This document shows positions 39,063 to 47,833 of a stretch of 64,000 nt of DNA, piece after piece; positions within the stretch are counted from its first letter, which is position 1; each line of letters starts with the position of its first letter. The DNA comes from Gemmatimonadales bacterium. GTDB taxonomy: Bacteria > Gemmatimonadota > Gemmatimonadetes > Gemmatimonadales > GWC2-71-9. The position numbers were made by a program, and so were the translations under genes. The stretch covers positions 6,932-70,931 of the forward strand of contig JBFJHJ010000013.1 of assembly GCA_041613315.1 (NCBI GenBank), written 5' to 3'. The notes below the pieces were generated by a model. It worked only from the letters and a program-made list of their open reading frames with translations. It was not told the origin of the DNA and searched no databases.

Positions 39063-39091
39063 TTGACCGGCTCCGGCGACGGGGCTACCAT
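39063..39091 (+). promoter_or_regulatory. Sigma-70-type promoter of the first oxidase operon
   Basis: TTGACC - 17 nt - TACCAT, about 60 nt upstream of coxB. Confidence 0.65.
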
Positions 39092-39150
39092 ACGCGCCGG
39101 GTTTCGGTCGCGAGGCCGTCGCCCACCGATGACGACGACCCGGCGCCTTC

Positions 39151-40200
39151 ATGATCGTATCCGCAACTCCCAAGCGTTCGCGTTCGCTCCTGCTCGCCTC
39201 CGTGGCGATGCTGGCCGTGCTCGCCGTCGGCGCGGCGTGCGGCAGTGAGTATCCGCAGTCCACGTTGCACCCCGCGGGGGAACTGGCCGAGTCGATTGAC
39301 CGTTTGTACCGCACGATCTTCTGGTGGGCCGTCGCCGTGTTCGTCGTGGTCGAGTTCGGCCTGCTGTTCGTGATCCTGCGCTATCGAGAGCGTCCCGACG
39401 CTCCCGCACCGGCGCACGTGCACGGCAGTACGGTGCTCGAGATCGCGTGGACGCTGGCCCCCGCCGTGGTGCTGGTCTTCATCGCCGTGCCCACGATACA
39501 GACGATCTTTGCGACGGAGGGCCGGCCGCCGCCGGACGCGCTGCGGGTGGAGGTGGTTGGGCACCAATGGTGGTGGGAGTATCGCTATCCCGATCTCGGT
39601 GTGGTGACCGCCAACGAGCTGCACGTGCCCGTGGAGCGCCCGGTGGCCCTCGCGATGACCTCGGCGGACGTGATCCACAGTTTCTGGGCGCCGCGACTGG
39701 GCGGCAAGCGGGACGTCGTGCCGGGGCGGACGAACCGGCTGGTGCTCGCGGCTGACTCGGCCGGGGTGTACCTCGGCCAGTGCGCGGAGTTCTGCGGCGA
39801 GTCCCATGCCAACATGCGTCTCCGGGTCGTCGCGCAGGATTCCGTGGCCTTCGCCGCGTGGGTCGCCGGCCAGCAAGCGGCCCCCCCGCCGATCGCGGCG
39901 GACGATAGCGTGGTGCGCCGTGGCGCCGAAGCGTTTCGTGCGATCCGGCAGCCGGCGAGCAACTCCTGCATTGCGTGCCATACGATTGAAGGTGTCTCCG
40001 GAGGGCTCCTGGGGCCCAACCTCACGCATCTCGCGAGCCGGGCGACGATTGCGGCCGGGATCCTGCCCAACACGCCCGACGGGCTCACCAGCTGGCTGCT
40101 CGACCCCCCCCGGGAGAAGCCCGGGAGTCTGATGCCCCGGATCGCCCTCACCGACGGGGAGATCGCGGCACTCATCGCGTATCTCCAGAGCCTGCGATAG
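39151..40200 (+). CDS. coxB: Cytochrome c oxidase subunit II, caa3-type (lipoprotein, CuA, fused cytochrome c)
   Basis: GAAC lipobox, GHQWWW, DVIHSFW, CAEFCGESHANM, CIACH...MP. Confidence 0.95.
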   Translation: MIVSATPKRSRSLLLASVAMLAVLAVGAACGSEYPQSTLHPAGELAESIDRLYRTIFWWAVAVFVVVEFGLLFVILRYRERPDAPAPAHVHGSTVLEIAWTLAPAVVLVFIAVPTIQTIFATEGRPPPDALRVEVVGHQWWWEYRYPDLGVVTANELHVPVERPVALAMTSADVIHSFWAPRLGGKRDVVPGRTNRLVLAADSAGVYLGQCAEFCGESHANMRLRVVAQDSVAFAAWVAGQQAAPPPIAADDSVVRRGAEAFRAIRQPASNSCIACHTIEGVSGGLLGPNLTHLASRATIAAGILPNTPDGLTSWLLDPPREKPGSLMPRIALTDGEIAALIAYLQSLR

Positions 40201-40208
40201 GAACGGGT

Positions 40209-42023
40209 GTGATGGCGACCACCGCGGCCGCGCTGGCCCCGACCACCCGCGAGACCTTCGGCGCCACGATCTGGAGCTGGGTCACCACGACCGATCACAA
40301 GCGGATCGGGATCCTGTATGGGGTCACCGCGTTCATCTTCTTCTTGATCGGCGGGCTGGAAGCGCTCCTGATTCGCGCGCAGTTGGCGCGGTCGGAGAAC
40401 ACGCTGCTGAGCGCGGAGACGTTCAACCAGCTGTTCACGATGCACGGCACGACCATGGTCTTCCTGGCGATCATGCCGCTGTCGGCCGCGTTCTTCAACT
40501 ACATCGTCCCGCTGCAGATCGGTGCCCGCGATGTCGCCTTCCCGCGGCTGAACGCCTTCAGCTACTGGGTGTTCCTGCTGGGCGGCCTCTTCCTCAACAC
40601 GAGTTTCCTGGTGAATGCCGCCCCGAACGGCGGCTGGTTCGGCTATGCGAACCTGACGTTGAAGCCGTACTCACCGGGGCTGAATATCGATTTCTGGGTG
40701 CTGGGCCTGCAGGTGCTCGGCGTGGCGTCGATCGCCGCCGGCATCAACTTCATCGTTACGATCATCAATCTTCGGGCGCCGGGCATGCGGCTCATGCGTA
40801 TGCCCGTCTTCACCTGGATGACGCTCGTGACCCAGTTCCTCGTGGTCACGGCCTTCCCCGTCTTCACGGTCGGCCTCACGTTCCTGCTGTTCGACCGGTT
40901 CTTCGGGACGACGTTCTACGCCGTGGCGGCCGGCGGCAGCGTTCTCCTCTGGCAGCACTTGTTCTGGCTGTTCGGGCATCCCGAGGTCTACATCCTGATC
41001 CTGCCCGCGATGGGCATCGTCTCGGAGGTGGTGCCCACCTTCTCGCGGAAACCGCTGTTCGGGTACGCCATCGTGGTCTACTCCGGGTTGCTGATCGGCG
41101 TCCTGGGATGGGGCGTGTGGGCGCACCACATGTTCTCCGTCGGGCTCGGGCCGATCGCGGACTCGGTATTCGGCGCCACGACGATGCTGATCGCGATCCC
41201 CACCGGCGTGAAGATCTTCAACTGGATCGCCACGATGTGGCAGGGGAAGATCCGGCTCGCGACGCCCATGCTGTTTGCGCTGGGCTTCATCGCGATGTTC
41301 ACGATCGGGGGGCTGTCGGGCGTGATGCACTCGTCGCCGCCGGCGGATCTCCAGCAGACCGACACCTACTTCGTCGTCGCGCACATCCACTACGTGCTGT
41401 TCGGCGGCGCAATGTTCGGAATCTTCGCCGGGATCTACTACTGGTGGCCCAAGGCGACCGGGCGGCTGCTCGGGGAAGGGCTGGGCAAGCTGCATTTCTG
41501 GCTGATGCTGATCGGGATGAACCTCGCGTTCTTTCCGATGCACTTCATCGGCCTGTTGGGCATGCCGCGGCGGATCTACACCTATGGGCCGGAGCTCGGT
41601 CTCGACACCCTGAACCTCGTGTCCACCGCGGGCGCGTTCCTGATCGGCTTCTCCCTGTTGGTGTTCCTCTGGAACGCCTGGCGGTCGGGGCGCCGGGGGC
41701 TGGTAGCCGGCAACGACCCATGGGGCGCGCCGACGTTGGAATGGACGATCAGCTCGCCACCTCCGCCGTACAACTTCGCGGTGCTCCCCGACGTCCACAG
41801 CCGCCTGCCCCGGTGGTCCACGCGCGAGATGCGCGAGCAGCCGGCGGAGCCGCCGCACCCCATCCATCTGCCGGGCGGATCCTACTGGCCCGTCGTGACG
41901 GCGCTGGGGATCATTGGCATCGCGACCGGAGCGCTGCTTCACGCCCTGTGGGTCGTCCTGGTCGGGGTCGCCGTCGTGGTGGTCGGGATCTACGCCTGGG
42001 CCTTCGAGCCGTTCGAGATCTGA
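40209..42023 (+). CDS. coxA: Cytochrome c oxidase subunit I, A1-type, with two extra C-terminal TM helices
   Basis: TTTDHKRIG, RDVAFPRLN, FGHPEVY, WAHH, PTGVK, HIHY, MPRR; tail IHLPGGSYWP plus 2 TM. Confidence 0.97.
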   Translation: MMATTAAALAPTTRETFGATIWSWVTTTDHKRIGILYGVTAFIFFLIGGLEALLIRAQLARSENTLLSAETFNQLFTMHGTTMVFLAIMPLSAAFFNYIVPLQIGARDVAFPRLNAFSYWVFLLGGLFLNTSFLVNAAPNGGWFGYANLTLKPYSPGLNIDFWVLGLQVLGVASIAAGINFIVTIINLRAPGMRLMRMPVFTWMTLVTQFLVVTAFPVFTVGLTFLLFDRFFGTTFYAVAAGGSVLLWQHLFWLFGHPEVYILILPAMGIVSEVVPTFSRKPLFGYAIVVYSGLLIGVLGWGVWAHHMFSVGLGPIADSVFGATTMLIAIPTGVKIFNWIATMWQGKIRLATPMLFALGFIAMFTIGGLSGVMHSSPPADLQQTDTYFVVAHIHYVLFGGAMFGIFAGIYYWWPKATGRLLGEGLGKLHFWLMLIGMNLAFFPMHFIGLLGMPRRIYTYGPELGLDTLNLVSTAGAFLIGFSLLVFLWNAWRSGRRGLVAGNDPWGAPTLEWTISSPPPPYNFAVLPDVHSRLPRWSTREMREQPAEPPHPIHLPGGSYWPVVTALGIIGIATGALLHALWVVLVGVAVVVVGIYAWAFEPFEI

Positions 42024-42024
42024 C

Positions 42025-42606
42025 GTGACGCACGCCGCCGCGCACCACACGAGCACCGGACTGGACAGCCGCAAGATGGCCTTCTGGACCTTTATCGGGT
42101 CCGAATGCCTCCTGTTCGGGTCGCTGATCTCGACCTACCTCGTCTACAAGGGGCAGAGCGTCACCGGCCCGACGACGCACGAGATCTTGAACATCCCGCT
42201 GACGTCGGTCAGCACGTTCGACCTGCTGATGTCCAGCCTGGCCATGGTGCTGGCACTCGCCGCCGTGGCCCGAGGGGACCGGCTCTGGGCGCGTGTCTGG
42301 CTCGCGACCACGGCGCTGCTCGGCGCCGTGTTCCTCGGCATCCAGGCGTACGAGTTCACCACGTTCGTCCATGAGGGGCTGACGCTCCGGACGAACCTGT
42401 TCGGGTCCACCTTCTTCGTGCTCACCGGCTTTCACGGCGGCCACGTGTTGATCGGCGTGGTGTGGCTGCTCACCTTGCTGTTGCGATCGTTCCAGGGAAA
42501 ACTCGGACCCGAGCACGCGCTGAACGTCGAGATCGCCGGACTCTACTGACACTTCGTGGACGTTGTGTGGATCGTGATCTTTACCGTGGTCTACTTGATC
42601 CAATAA
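42025..42606 (+). pseudogene. coxC: Cytochrome c oxidase subunit III interrupted by in-frame TGA at 42547-42549 (nonsense allele, readthrough or base-call error)
   Basis: FIGSE, TGFHGGHV, then GLY-TGA-HFVDVVWIVIFTVVYLIQ-TAA; the paralog at 57305 reads GLYWHFVD. Confidence 0.85.
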
Positions 42607-42926
42607 TGGACGGGGCGATGGACCAGCAGCGAGAACATCACGAGTCGGCGCATCCCAGCACGGCGACCTACGTCGTCATCGCGGCGATCCTCACGGTCAT
42701 CACGCTGGTGGAGGTGGGCGTGTTCTACGTACCGGCGTTCAAGCCGGTACTGGCGCCGATTCTCCTCGTGCTGTCGGCGGGCAAGTTCGCGCTCGTGGTC
42801 ATGTTCTACATGCATCTGAAGTCGGACCACCGGTTATTCACGCTGCTCTTCTCCCTGCCGCTCCTTATCGCTCTCGGGGTGGCCCTGGCGCTGCTGTTCC
42901 TGTTCGGCGTGTTCGTGTCGGGGTGA
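42606..42926 (+). CDS. coxD: Cytochrome c oxidase subunit IV family protein
   Basis: 3 TM, KFALVVMFYMHLK; TAATG overlap (alternative ATG 42618). Confidence 0.88.
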   Translation: MDGAMDQQREHHESAHPSTATYVVIAAILTVITLVEVGVFYVPAFKPVLAPILLVLSAGKFALVVMFYMHLKSDHRLFTLLFSLPLLIALGVALALLFLFGVFVSG

Positions 42927-42954
42927 CGGGCGGCCGGAGGGCTCGCTGAGAGCG

Positions 42955-42991
42955 CGGGGCGGCGGCGGACCCTGAGTCCGCCGCCGCCCCG
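42955..42991. terminator. Perfect 16-bp hairpin between convergent genes
   Basis: CGGGGCGGCGGCGGAC-cctga-GTCCGCCGCCGCCCCG; no U-tract on either strand. Confidence 0.6.
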
Positions 42992-43012
42992 TGGGTCACG
43001 GGGACTCGCGGG

Positions 43013-43594
43013 TCAGCTAGCGGGTGGCTCCCGCAGGTCAGGGGTCGGCTCGCGGTACGCATCCACATGCTCGCCCGCGGCCTCGTCGAGCGGCTCGCCC
43101 AGCGGGTGGGCCAACAGCTCCTCGCGGATCTTGGGGTGCATCCGCCACAGGTAATAGCCCATGCCAAACGCCGCAATCGCGTTGCCGATCGCGACGTTCC
43201 ACCAGGTGAGCGCGCCGAGGAGGGGCTGCGCCACGACGGCCAGCAGGATGTAAAAGCCCACCTCGAAGATCGCGAAGAAGACGACGACGATGTACAACGT
43301 GGACGGGAACAGCTCGATCTCGTACGCGAGGGCGGCCGCAATCACGCCCACCGCGACGAAGGCGACCACATGGACCATCGTGTAGCCGATGACGGTGGCG
43401 AAAACCTGTTCACCCGTCGGGAAGATCGCGCCCACCTGGGCCGGATCCCGCAGACCCCAGAAGAGCGCGGCGCCGAGCATCTTCGGGGTGAAGAATGGCT
43501 GCCCGTTGACGGTGTCGACAACGAGAAACCACAGGGCCACGGCGGCCGCACCGATGAGTCCGGCCACGAAGCCCTCCCGAAGGATCCGTTGCAT
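43013..43594 (-). CDS. Hypothetical membrane protein (about 4 TM)
   Basis: Hydrophobic helices, YTMVHVVAF; GGGGGA RBS. Confidence 0.7.
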   Translation of the reverse strand: MQRILREGFVAGLIGAAAVALWFLVVDTVNGQPFFTPKMLGAALFWGLRDPAQVGAIFPTGEQVFATVIGYTMVHVVAFVAVGVIAAALAYEIELFPSTLYIVVVFFAIFEVGFYILLAVVAQPLLGALTWWNVAIGNAIAAFGMGYYLWRMHPKIREELLAHPLGEPLDEAAGEHVDAYREPTPDLREPPAS

Positions 43595-43698
43595 CAGTCC
43601 CCCTTGCACGGGCGGTCGGCACCCAATATAGGGACTCGTGCCCGCCTGGCGAGTCCCGATTGCGGCGCATCGGCATTCTCACTCAAATTACGGGACGC

Positions 43699-44082
43699 AT
43701 GACCCGCGACCTCAAGTTCCGTCAGGCGGCATTGGTGTACCTGCACGTCGGCATCCTCTACGAGGGCGCCGTCGTGGCCATGTGGCAGCGGGGTCTGCTC
43801 TTTCCGCACGGCCCGCCATGGATGCGGGCGATCCCGCCCTGGGGGTGGATGCTCATCGGAGCAGCCATCGTCGCGGTGGTCGTGTGGGGGCTGTGGACGT
43901 GGCAGAACGTCTGGTTCGCCCGCGCCGTGTGGTTCATCGGCAGCCTTCGCGTCCCCACGTTGCTGGCGGGGGCGTTCTTTCCGCGGCCGGAGCACGTGCT
44001 GAGCCCCGCGTTCTACGGAACCGCGCTCGCCGTCGTGCTCATCAACCTCTGGATGCTCGCCCGCGCGGCATGGGACGTATGA
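43699..44082 (+). CDS. Hypothetical membrane protein (about 4 TM)
   Basis: AALVYLHVGILYE; ATGA overlap with the Mrp gene. Confidence 0.7.
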   Translation: MTRDLKFRQAALVYLHVGILYEGAVVAMWQRGLLFPHGPPWMRAIPPWGWMLIGAAIVAVVVWGLWTWQNVWFARAVWFIGSLRVPTLLAGAFFPRPEHVLSPAFYGTALAVVLINLWMLARAAWDV

Positions 44083-44978
44083 CGCCGGATTTCCGCACCT
44101 ATCATGACGTGACAGGGGACGATCGCTCCGGCCTGCTCGAGCAAGTGGGGCGCCAGCGGGAGCGCGTACGCGCCCGCCTCGCCGACGTGAGCCGCGTGGT
44201 GGCCGTCATGAGCGGTAAGGGCGGCGTTGGCAAGAGTCACGTCACCGCTGGCCTCGCCTACGCCGTGGCGACACGGGGGGAGGGCGCCGTCGGCGTTCTG
44301 GATGCGGACCTCCAGGCCCCGACGGCGGCCCGCCTGCTTGATGCCCGCGGTCCGGTACGCGTGGGAGACGACGGCGCCGAGCCGGTGATGGGTGCGGGTG
44401 GCGTGCGGGTGTTCTCGATGGACCTCCTGCTGGCGGAGGGACAGCCGTTGCGCTGGCGCGAGCCGGAGTCGGAGCGATTCGTGTGGCGTGGCACGCTCGA
44501 GACGGGCGCGCTCCGTGAGTTTCTGAGCGACGTCCGGTGGGGTGCCCTGGAAGTGCTGCTCATCGATCTGCCGCCCGGAGCCGCGCACCTCGCCGACCTC
44601 AAGTCGCTGGTGCCGGCCCTGACCGGCGCCGTCGCCGTCACGATCCCGAGTGAGGAATCCCGGCGGGCGGTGGAGCGCGCCATTCGCGCGGCCGGGGACG
44701 CGGGCATCCGGCTCCTGGGCGTGGTGGAGAACCTGAGCGGGTACGCCTGTGCCGGGTGCGACTCGACCCAGCCGCTGTTCCCAGGTGACGCCGGTGCGTC
44801 GCTCGCGCGCGCTTTCGGAGCGCCGTTGCTTGGCCGGATCCCCTTTACTCCCGCGCCGCCGCCGGCAGACGAAAGCGGTCGGGTGTGGCCGCCGCCGCCC
44901 GCGCGTTCCGCCGCCGTGGCGGTTCCTCCCGTTGTGCCGTCCTCGCTGGTGGACGCGTTTCTCGAGGCCCTGTCATGA
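44079..44978 (+). CDS. Mrp/NBP35-family P-loop ATPase (Fe-S carrier-like)
   Basis: MSGKGGVGKS, LDADL, WRG, IDLPPG, VENLSGYACAGC. Confidence 0.9.
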   Translation: MTPDFRTYHDVTGDDRSGLLEQVGRQRERVRARLADVSRVVAVMSGKGGVGKSHVTAGLAYAVATRGEGAVGVLDADLQAPTAARLLDARGPVRVGDDGAEPVMGAGGVRVFSMDLLLAEGQPLRWREPESERFVWRGTLETGALREFLSDVRWGALEVLLIDLPPGAAHLADLKSLVPALTGAVAVTIPSEESRRAVERAIRAAGDAGIRLLGVVENLSGYACAGCDSTQPLFPGDAGASLARAFGAPLLGRIPFTPAPPPADESGRVWPPPPARSAAVAVPPVVPSSLVDAFLEALS

Positions 44979-45415
44979 AATTCCTTTGCGTCGACTGCGA
45001 CGAGCGGATGCACTTCGAGGAGCGCGACGTTCCGGGCGACGGGACGTTCGCCGCGGCGTTCACCTGTCCCCGGTGCGGGCGGCGCATCGCGCTCCTCGCC
45101 AACCCCATGGAGACGCAGCTCGTCGAATCGCTCGGCGTGCAGATCGGCGGCCGGCGGCTCGACGAGCAGCCCCTCGAGCTCGTCCGGCAGCGGGTGGTGG
45201 GCCGCGAAGACGCTTTCGAGGATGCCGAACGGCCGCCCCGCGGCCGGCCCGCATGGAGCCCCGAGGCACGCGAGCGCCTCGGCCGCGTGCCGAATTTCGT
45301 GCGGGGCATGGTGCAGAAGATCTACGCCGAATACGCCGCTGAGCGCGGGATCGCCGAGATCACACCTGGCGTGATGGATCAGGCGCGTCAGGAGCTGGGA
45401 CTGGAGGGGATGTAA
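44975..45415 (+). CDS. Zn-ribbon (CxxC..CxxC) plus PCP_red-like domain protein
   Basis: CVDC, CPRC; WSPEARERLGRVPNFVRGMVQKIYAEYAAERGIAEIT. Confidence 0.8.
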   Translation: MKFLCVDCDERMHFEERDVPGDGTFAAAFTCPRCGRRIALLANPMETQLVESLGVQIGGRRLDEQPLELVRQRVVGREDAFEDAERPPRGRPAWSPEARERLGRVPNFVRGMVQKIYAEYAAERGIAEITPGVMDQARQELGLEGM

Positions 45416-45658
45416 GTGCCGGACGTTGAGCAGCGGGCCGTCGGCGGCCTGAGCGTGCGGATCGACCGCACGCTCTGCGTGGGCTTCGGGGACTGCATCA
45501 CGGAAGCGCCGGAGGCCTTCGCGCTGGACGGCGAGGGGATCGCCGTGTTCCTCGCTCCCGAGGCTGTCGATCGCGAGCGGTTGCTCCGCGCGTGCGACGC
45601 GTGTCCCGTGGACGCGCTCACGGTGGTGGACGACGGAGGCCGGCAACTCGTCCCTTGA
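45416..45658 (+). CDS. Single-cluster ferredoxin, probably [3Fe-4S]-type
   Basis: IDRTLCVGFGDC...ACDACPVDAL; second Cys of CxxCxxC replaced by Phe. Confidence 0.85.
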   Translation: MPDVEQRAVGGLSVRIDRTLCVGFGDCITEAPEAFALDGEGIAVFLAPEAVDRERLLRACDACPVDALTVVDDGGRQLVP

Positions 45659-45683
45659 CACACCCGCCAGGGGGTCCCATACT
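45655..45683 (+). promoter_or_regulatory. Sigma-70-type promoter upstream of the USP gene
   Basis: TTGACA - 17 nt - CATACT; the -35 overlaps the ferredoxin stop codon. Confidence 0.7.
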
Positions 45684-45832
45684 CGCCCCGAGCGTAGGGG
45701 AAAAAGGCGCCGCTGACGGATTCTCGGTGGGGAAGCAGCCGGCAACCGGCGTGGCACCCGCCGTCGTCGTGATACAGAGATCGCCAGATCTGTTGCCTTC
45801 CGAACACGACCATCCGGGCCGGAGGCCGTGCT

Positions 45833-47833
45833 GTGTATAGGGAAATCTTCGTTCCCGTCGATAACTCCCAGCATTCCAATTGGGCCGTCGACCGCGCGAT
45901 CGAGATCGCGGCCACCACCGGGGGTTACATCACCGGGAATCACGTGTATGCCGCCCGTCTGCACGACATACGGTTCCGCCAGTTGGAGACCGGGCTCCCC
46001 GCCCGATTCCAGACGCCCGAGGAGATCAAGCGCCAGCGCAAGGTGCACGACAAGCTGATCGAGAAAGGCCTCCAGTTGATTTCGGACTCGTTCCTCGACC
46101 AGGTCGAGCTGCGCGCGGCGCGGGCGGGCGCGCCGCTGCGCCGGCAGCTGCTCGAAGGCATCAACTATGAGGAGATCGTCCGTGAGGTGAACCGGGGCGA
46201 GGGCACTCTGCCGAGCCTCATCGGCTTCGATCCGAACATCGCGGCGAGCTATGACGGCGGCGCCACGGTGCGGAGCGACGTGCGGTTGGGGGCCGATGGG
46301 CGCATCGTCGGCGAGGACGAAGATCAGGCGGACAAGGTCGCCGGTACGTCGGGGCGGCGCTACGACCTGATCGTCATCGGCGCACACGGTATCGGCCGTC
46401 AGCCCTACTCCCAGCTGGGCGGCGTCGTCGGTCGGGTGGCCCGCGGCGTCGAGAAGGACATGCTCCTGGTGCGCGACGACCGCCCGCTGGCGGGCGGCAC
46501 CCTTATGGTGTGCGTGGACGGGTCCTCATACAGCTACAAGGCGATGCGCGAGGCACTGGAGCTCGCCCGCCGCTTCGGCTCGTCGCTGTACGTGTGCAGC
46601 GCCTTCGACGTGGAGTACCACCACGCGGTGTTCCACAACATCAAGGACGTCCTGTCGGTCAAGGCCTCGAAGGTGTTCAAGTTCGAGGAGCAGGAAGAGC
46701 TGCACAACAACATCATCGACAAGGGTCTGCTCAAGCTCTCCCAGGCAAACCTCAAGCGGGCCGAAGTGATGGCGCAGGAGTTCCCCGACGTCCCGCTCAC
46801 GACGCAAATCCTCATCGGCAAACCGTTCCAGGTGATCCTCCAGTGGGTCGAGGAGGTCCGTCCATCGCTTCTCGTGATCGCACGGCACGGCGCGCACCGC
46901 ATCGAAGGGACCGAAATGGGGTCGCAGGCCGAGAATCTGATCCGCCTTGCGCCCTGCAACATGCTGGTCGTCGGCACGCAGGCCGTCCGTCCTGAAGAGA
47001 TTCCGTGGATCGAGGAGGACGGCGAGGCCGGACTTCCCTGGGCGCCCGAGGCGGAGGTCCGCATTCTCCGGGTGCCGCCGTTCGCCCAGGGGATCGCGCG
47101 CCGGGCGGTGGAGGAATACACGGCGGAGCACGGTGGCGACGTGGTGACCAACCCATGGCTGGACCAGGCGATCCAGAAGCTTCTCCCGACCCACATGCAG
47201 CTCATCATGGGCATCGGCGATGCCGAAGAAGTCGCCCGGGCCGAGGTGAAGGCCGAAGAGCAGATGGCGAAGACGGTGGTGCGCGGGAGCGACCGTGACC
47301 AGGAGGCGGGGGGCGCAACCCTCGAGGTCCGCTGTCCCGTGACCGGCCACGTCACCACGCGGCCGCGAACGGCGGCCGACCAGCCGGTATGGACCCGGGA
47401 GGCGTTCGAGCGTCTGACGGTGGTGCCGCTCATCGCCCGGCCCCTCGCCCGCATGACCGTCGAGCGATTCGCGCGGCAGCACGATGTCTGGCGGATCACC
47501 ACGAGCGTGATGGATGAGAACAAGCAGGCCATGATCGAGGCGGACGAGTTCGACGCCGAGACCATGATGGGCATGTTCCGCGAGCTGCGGGCCAAGCAGA
47601 TCCGGGCGGAGGCCGAGGGTCGCGACGCTTTATCGCCGGAGATGCGTCAATTCATCGAGGAGGCGAAGCGCGCCGGGGTCACACGCTGCCCGATCCGTGA
47701 CCTCGAGGATCGCAGTATCGACGAGCAGATGGCCGCCTGTCCGGTGGACTTCAAGCTGGCGACCCCCGCCGACGCGAAGGCGGCCGTCGAGCGCGTGCTC
47801 TCTCAGGAGACGGAGGAGGAGCCGGAGCCGTGA
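45833..47833 (+). CDS. Tandem universal-stress-protein domains fused to two PCP_red-like domains and a Cys-Pro tail
   Basis: IFVPVDNS, DLIVIGAHG, MVCVDGS, MGSQAENLIRLAPCNMLVV; WAPEAEVRILRVPPF and WTREAFERLTVVPL; CPV, CPI, CPV. Confidence 0.85.
   Translation: MYREIFVPVDNSQHSNWAVDRAIEIAATTGGYITGNHVYAARLHDIRFRQLETGLPARFQTPEEIKRQRKVHDKLIEKGLQLISDSFLDQVELRAARAGAPLRRQLLEGINYEEIVREVNRGEGTLPSLIGFDPNIAASYDGGATVRSDVRLGADGRIVGEDEDQADKVAGTSGRRYDLIVIGAHGIGRQPYSQLGGVVGRVARGVEKDMLLVRDDRPLAGGTLMVCVDGSSYSYKAMREALELARRFGSSLYVCSAFDVEYHHAVFHNIKDVLSVKASKVFKFEEQEELHNNIIDKGLLKLSQANLKRAEVMAQEFPDVPLTTQILIGKPFQVILQWVEEVRPSLLVIARHGAHRIEGTEMGSQAENLIRLAPCNMLVVGTQAVRPEEIPWIEEDGEAGLPWAPEAEVRILRVPPFAQGIARRAVEEYTAEHGGDVVTNPWLDQAIQKLLPTHMQLIMGIGDAEEVARAEVKAEEQMAKTVVRGSDRDQEAGGATLEVRCPVTGHVTTRPRTAADQPVWTREAFERLTVVPLIARPLARMTVERFARQHDVWRITTSVMDENKQAMIEADEFDAETMMGMFRELRAKQIRAEAEGRDALSPEMRQFIEEAKRAGVTRCPIRDLEDRSIDEQMAACPVDFKLATPADAKAAVERVLSQETEEEPEP

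Noticed and set aside
42547..42600. Selenocysteine or genome-wide TGA=Trp recoding at the coxC TGA
   Set aside because: The homologous residue is Trp, not Cys; no convincing SECIS hairpin follows; many genes in the window end at TGA
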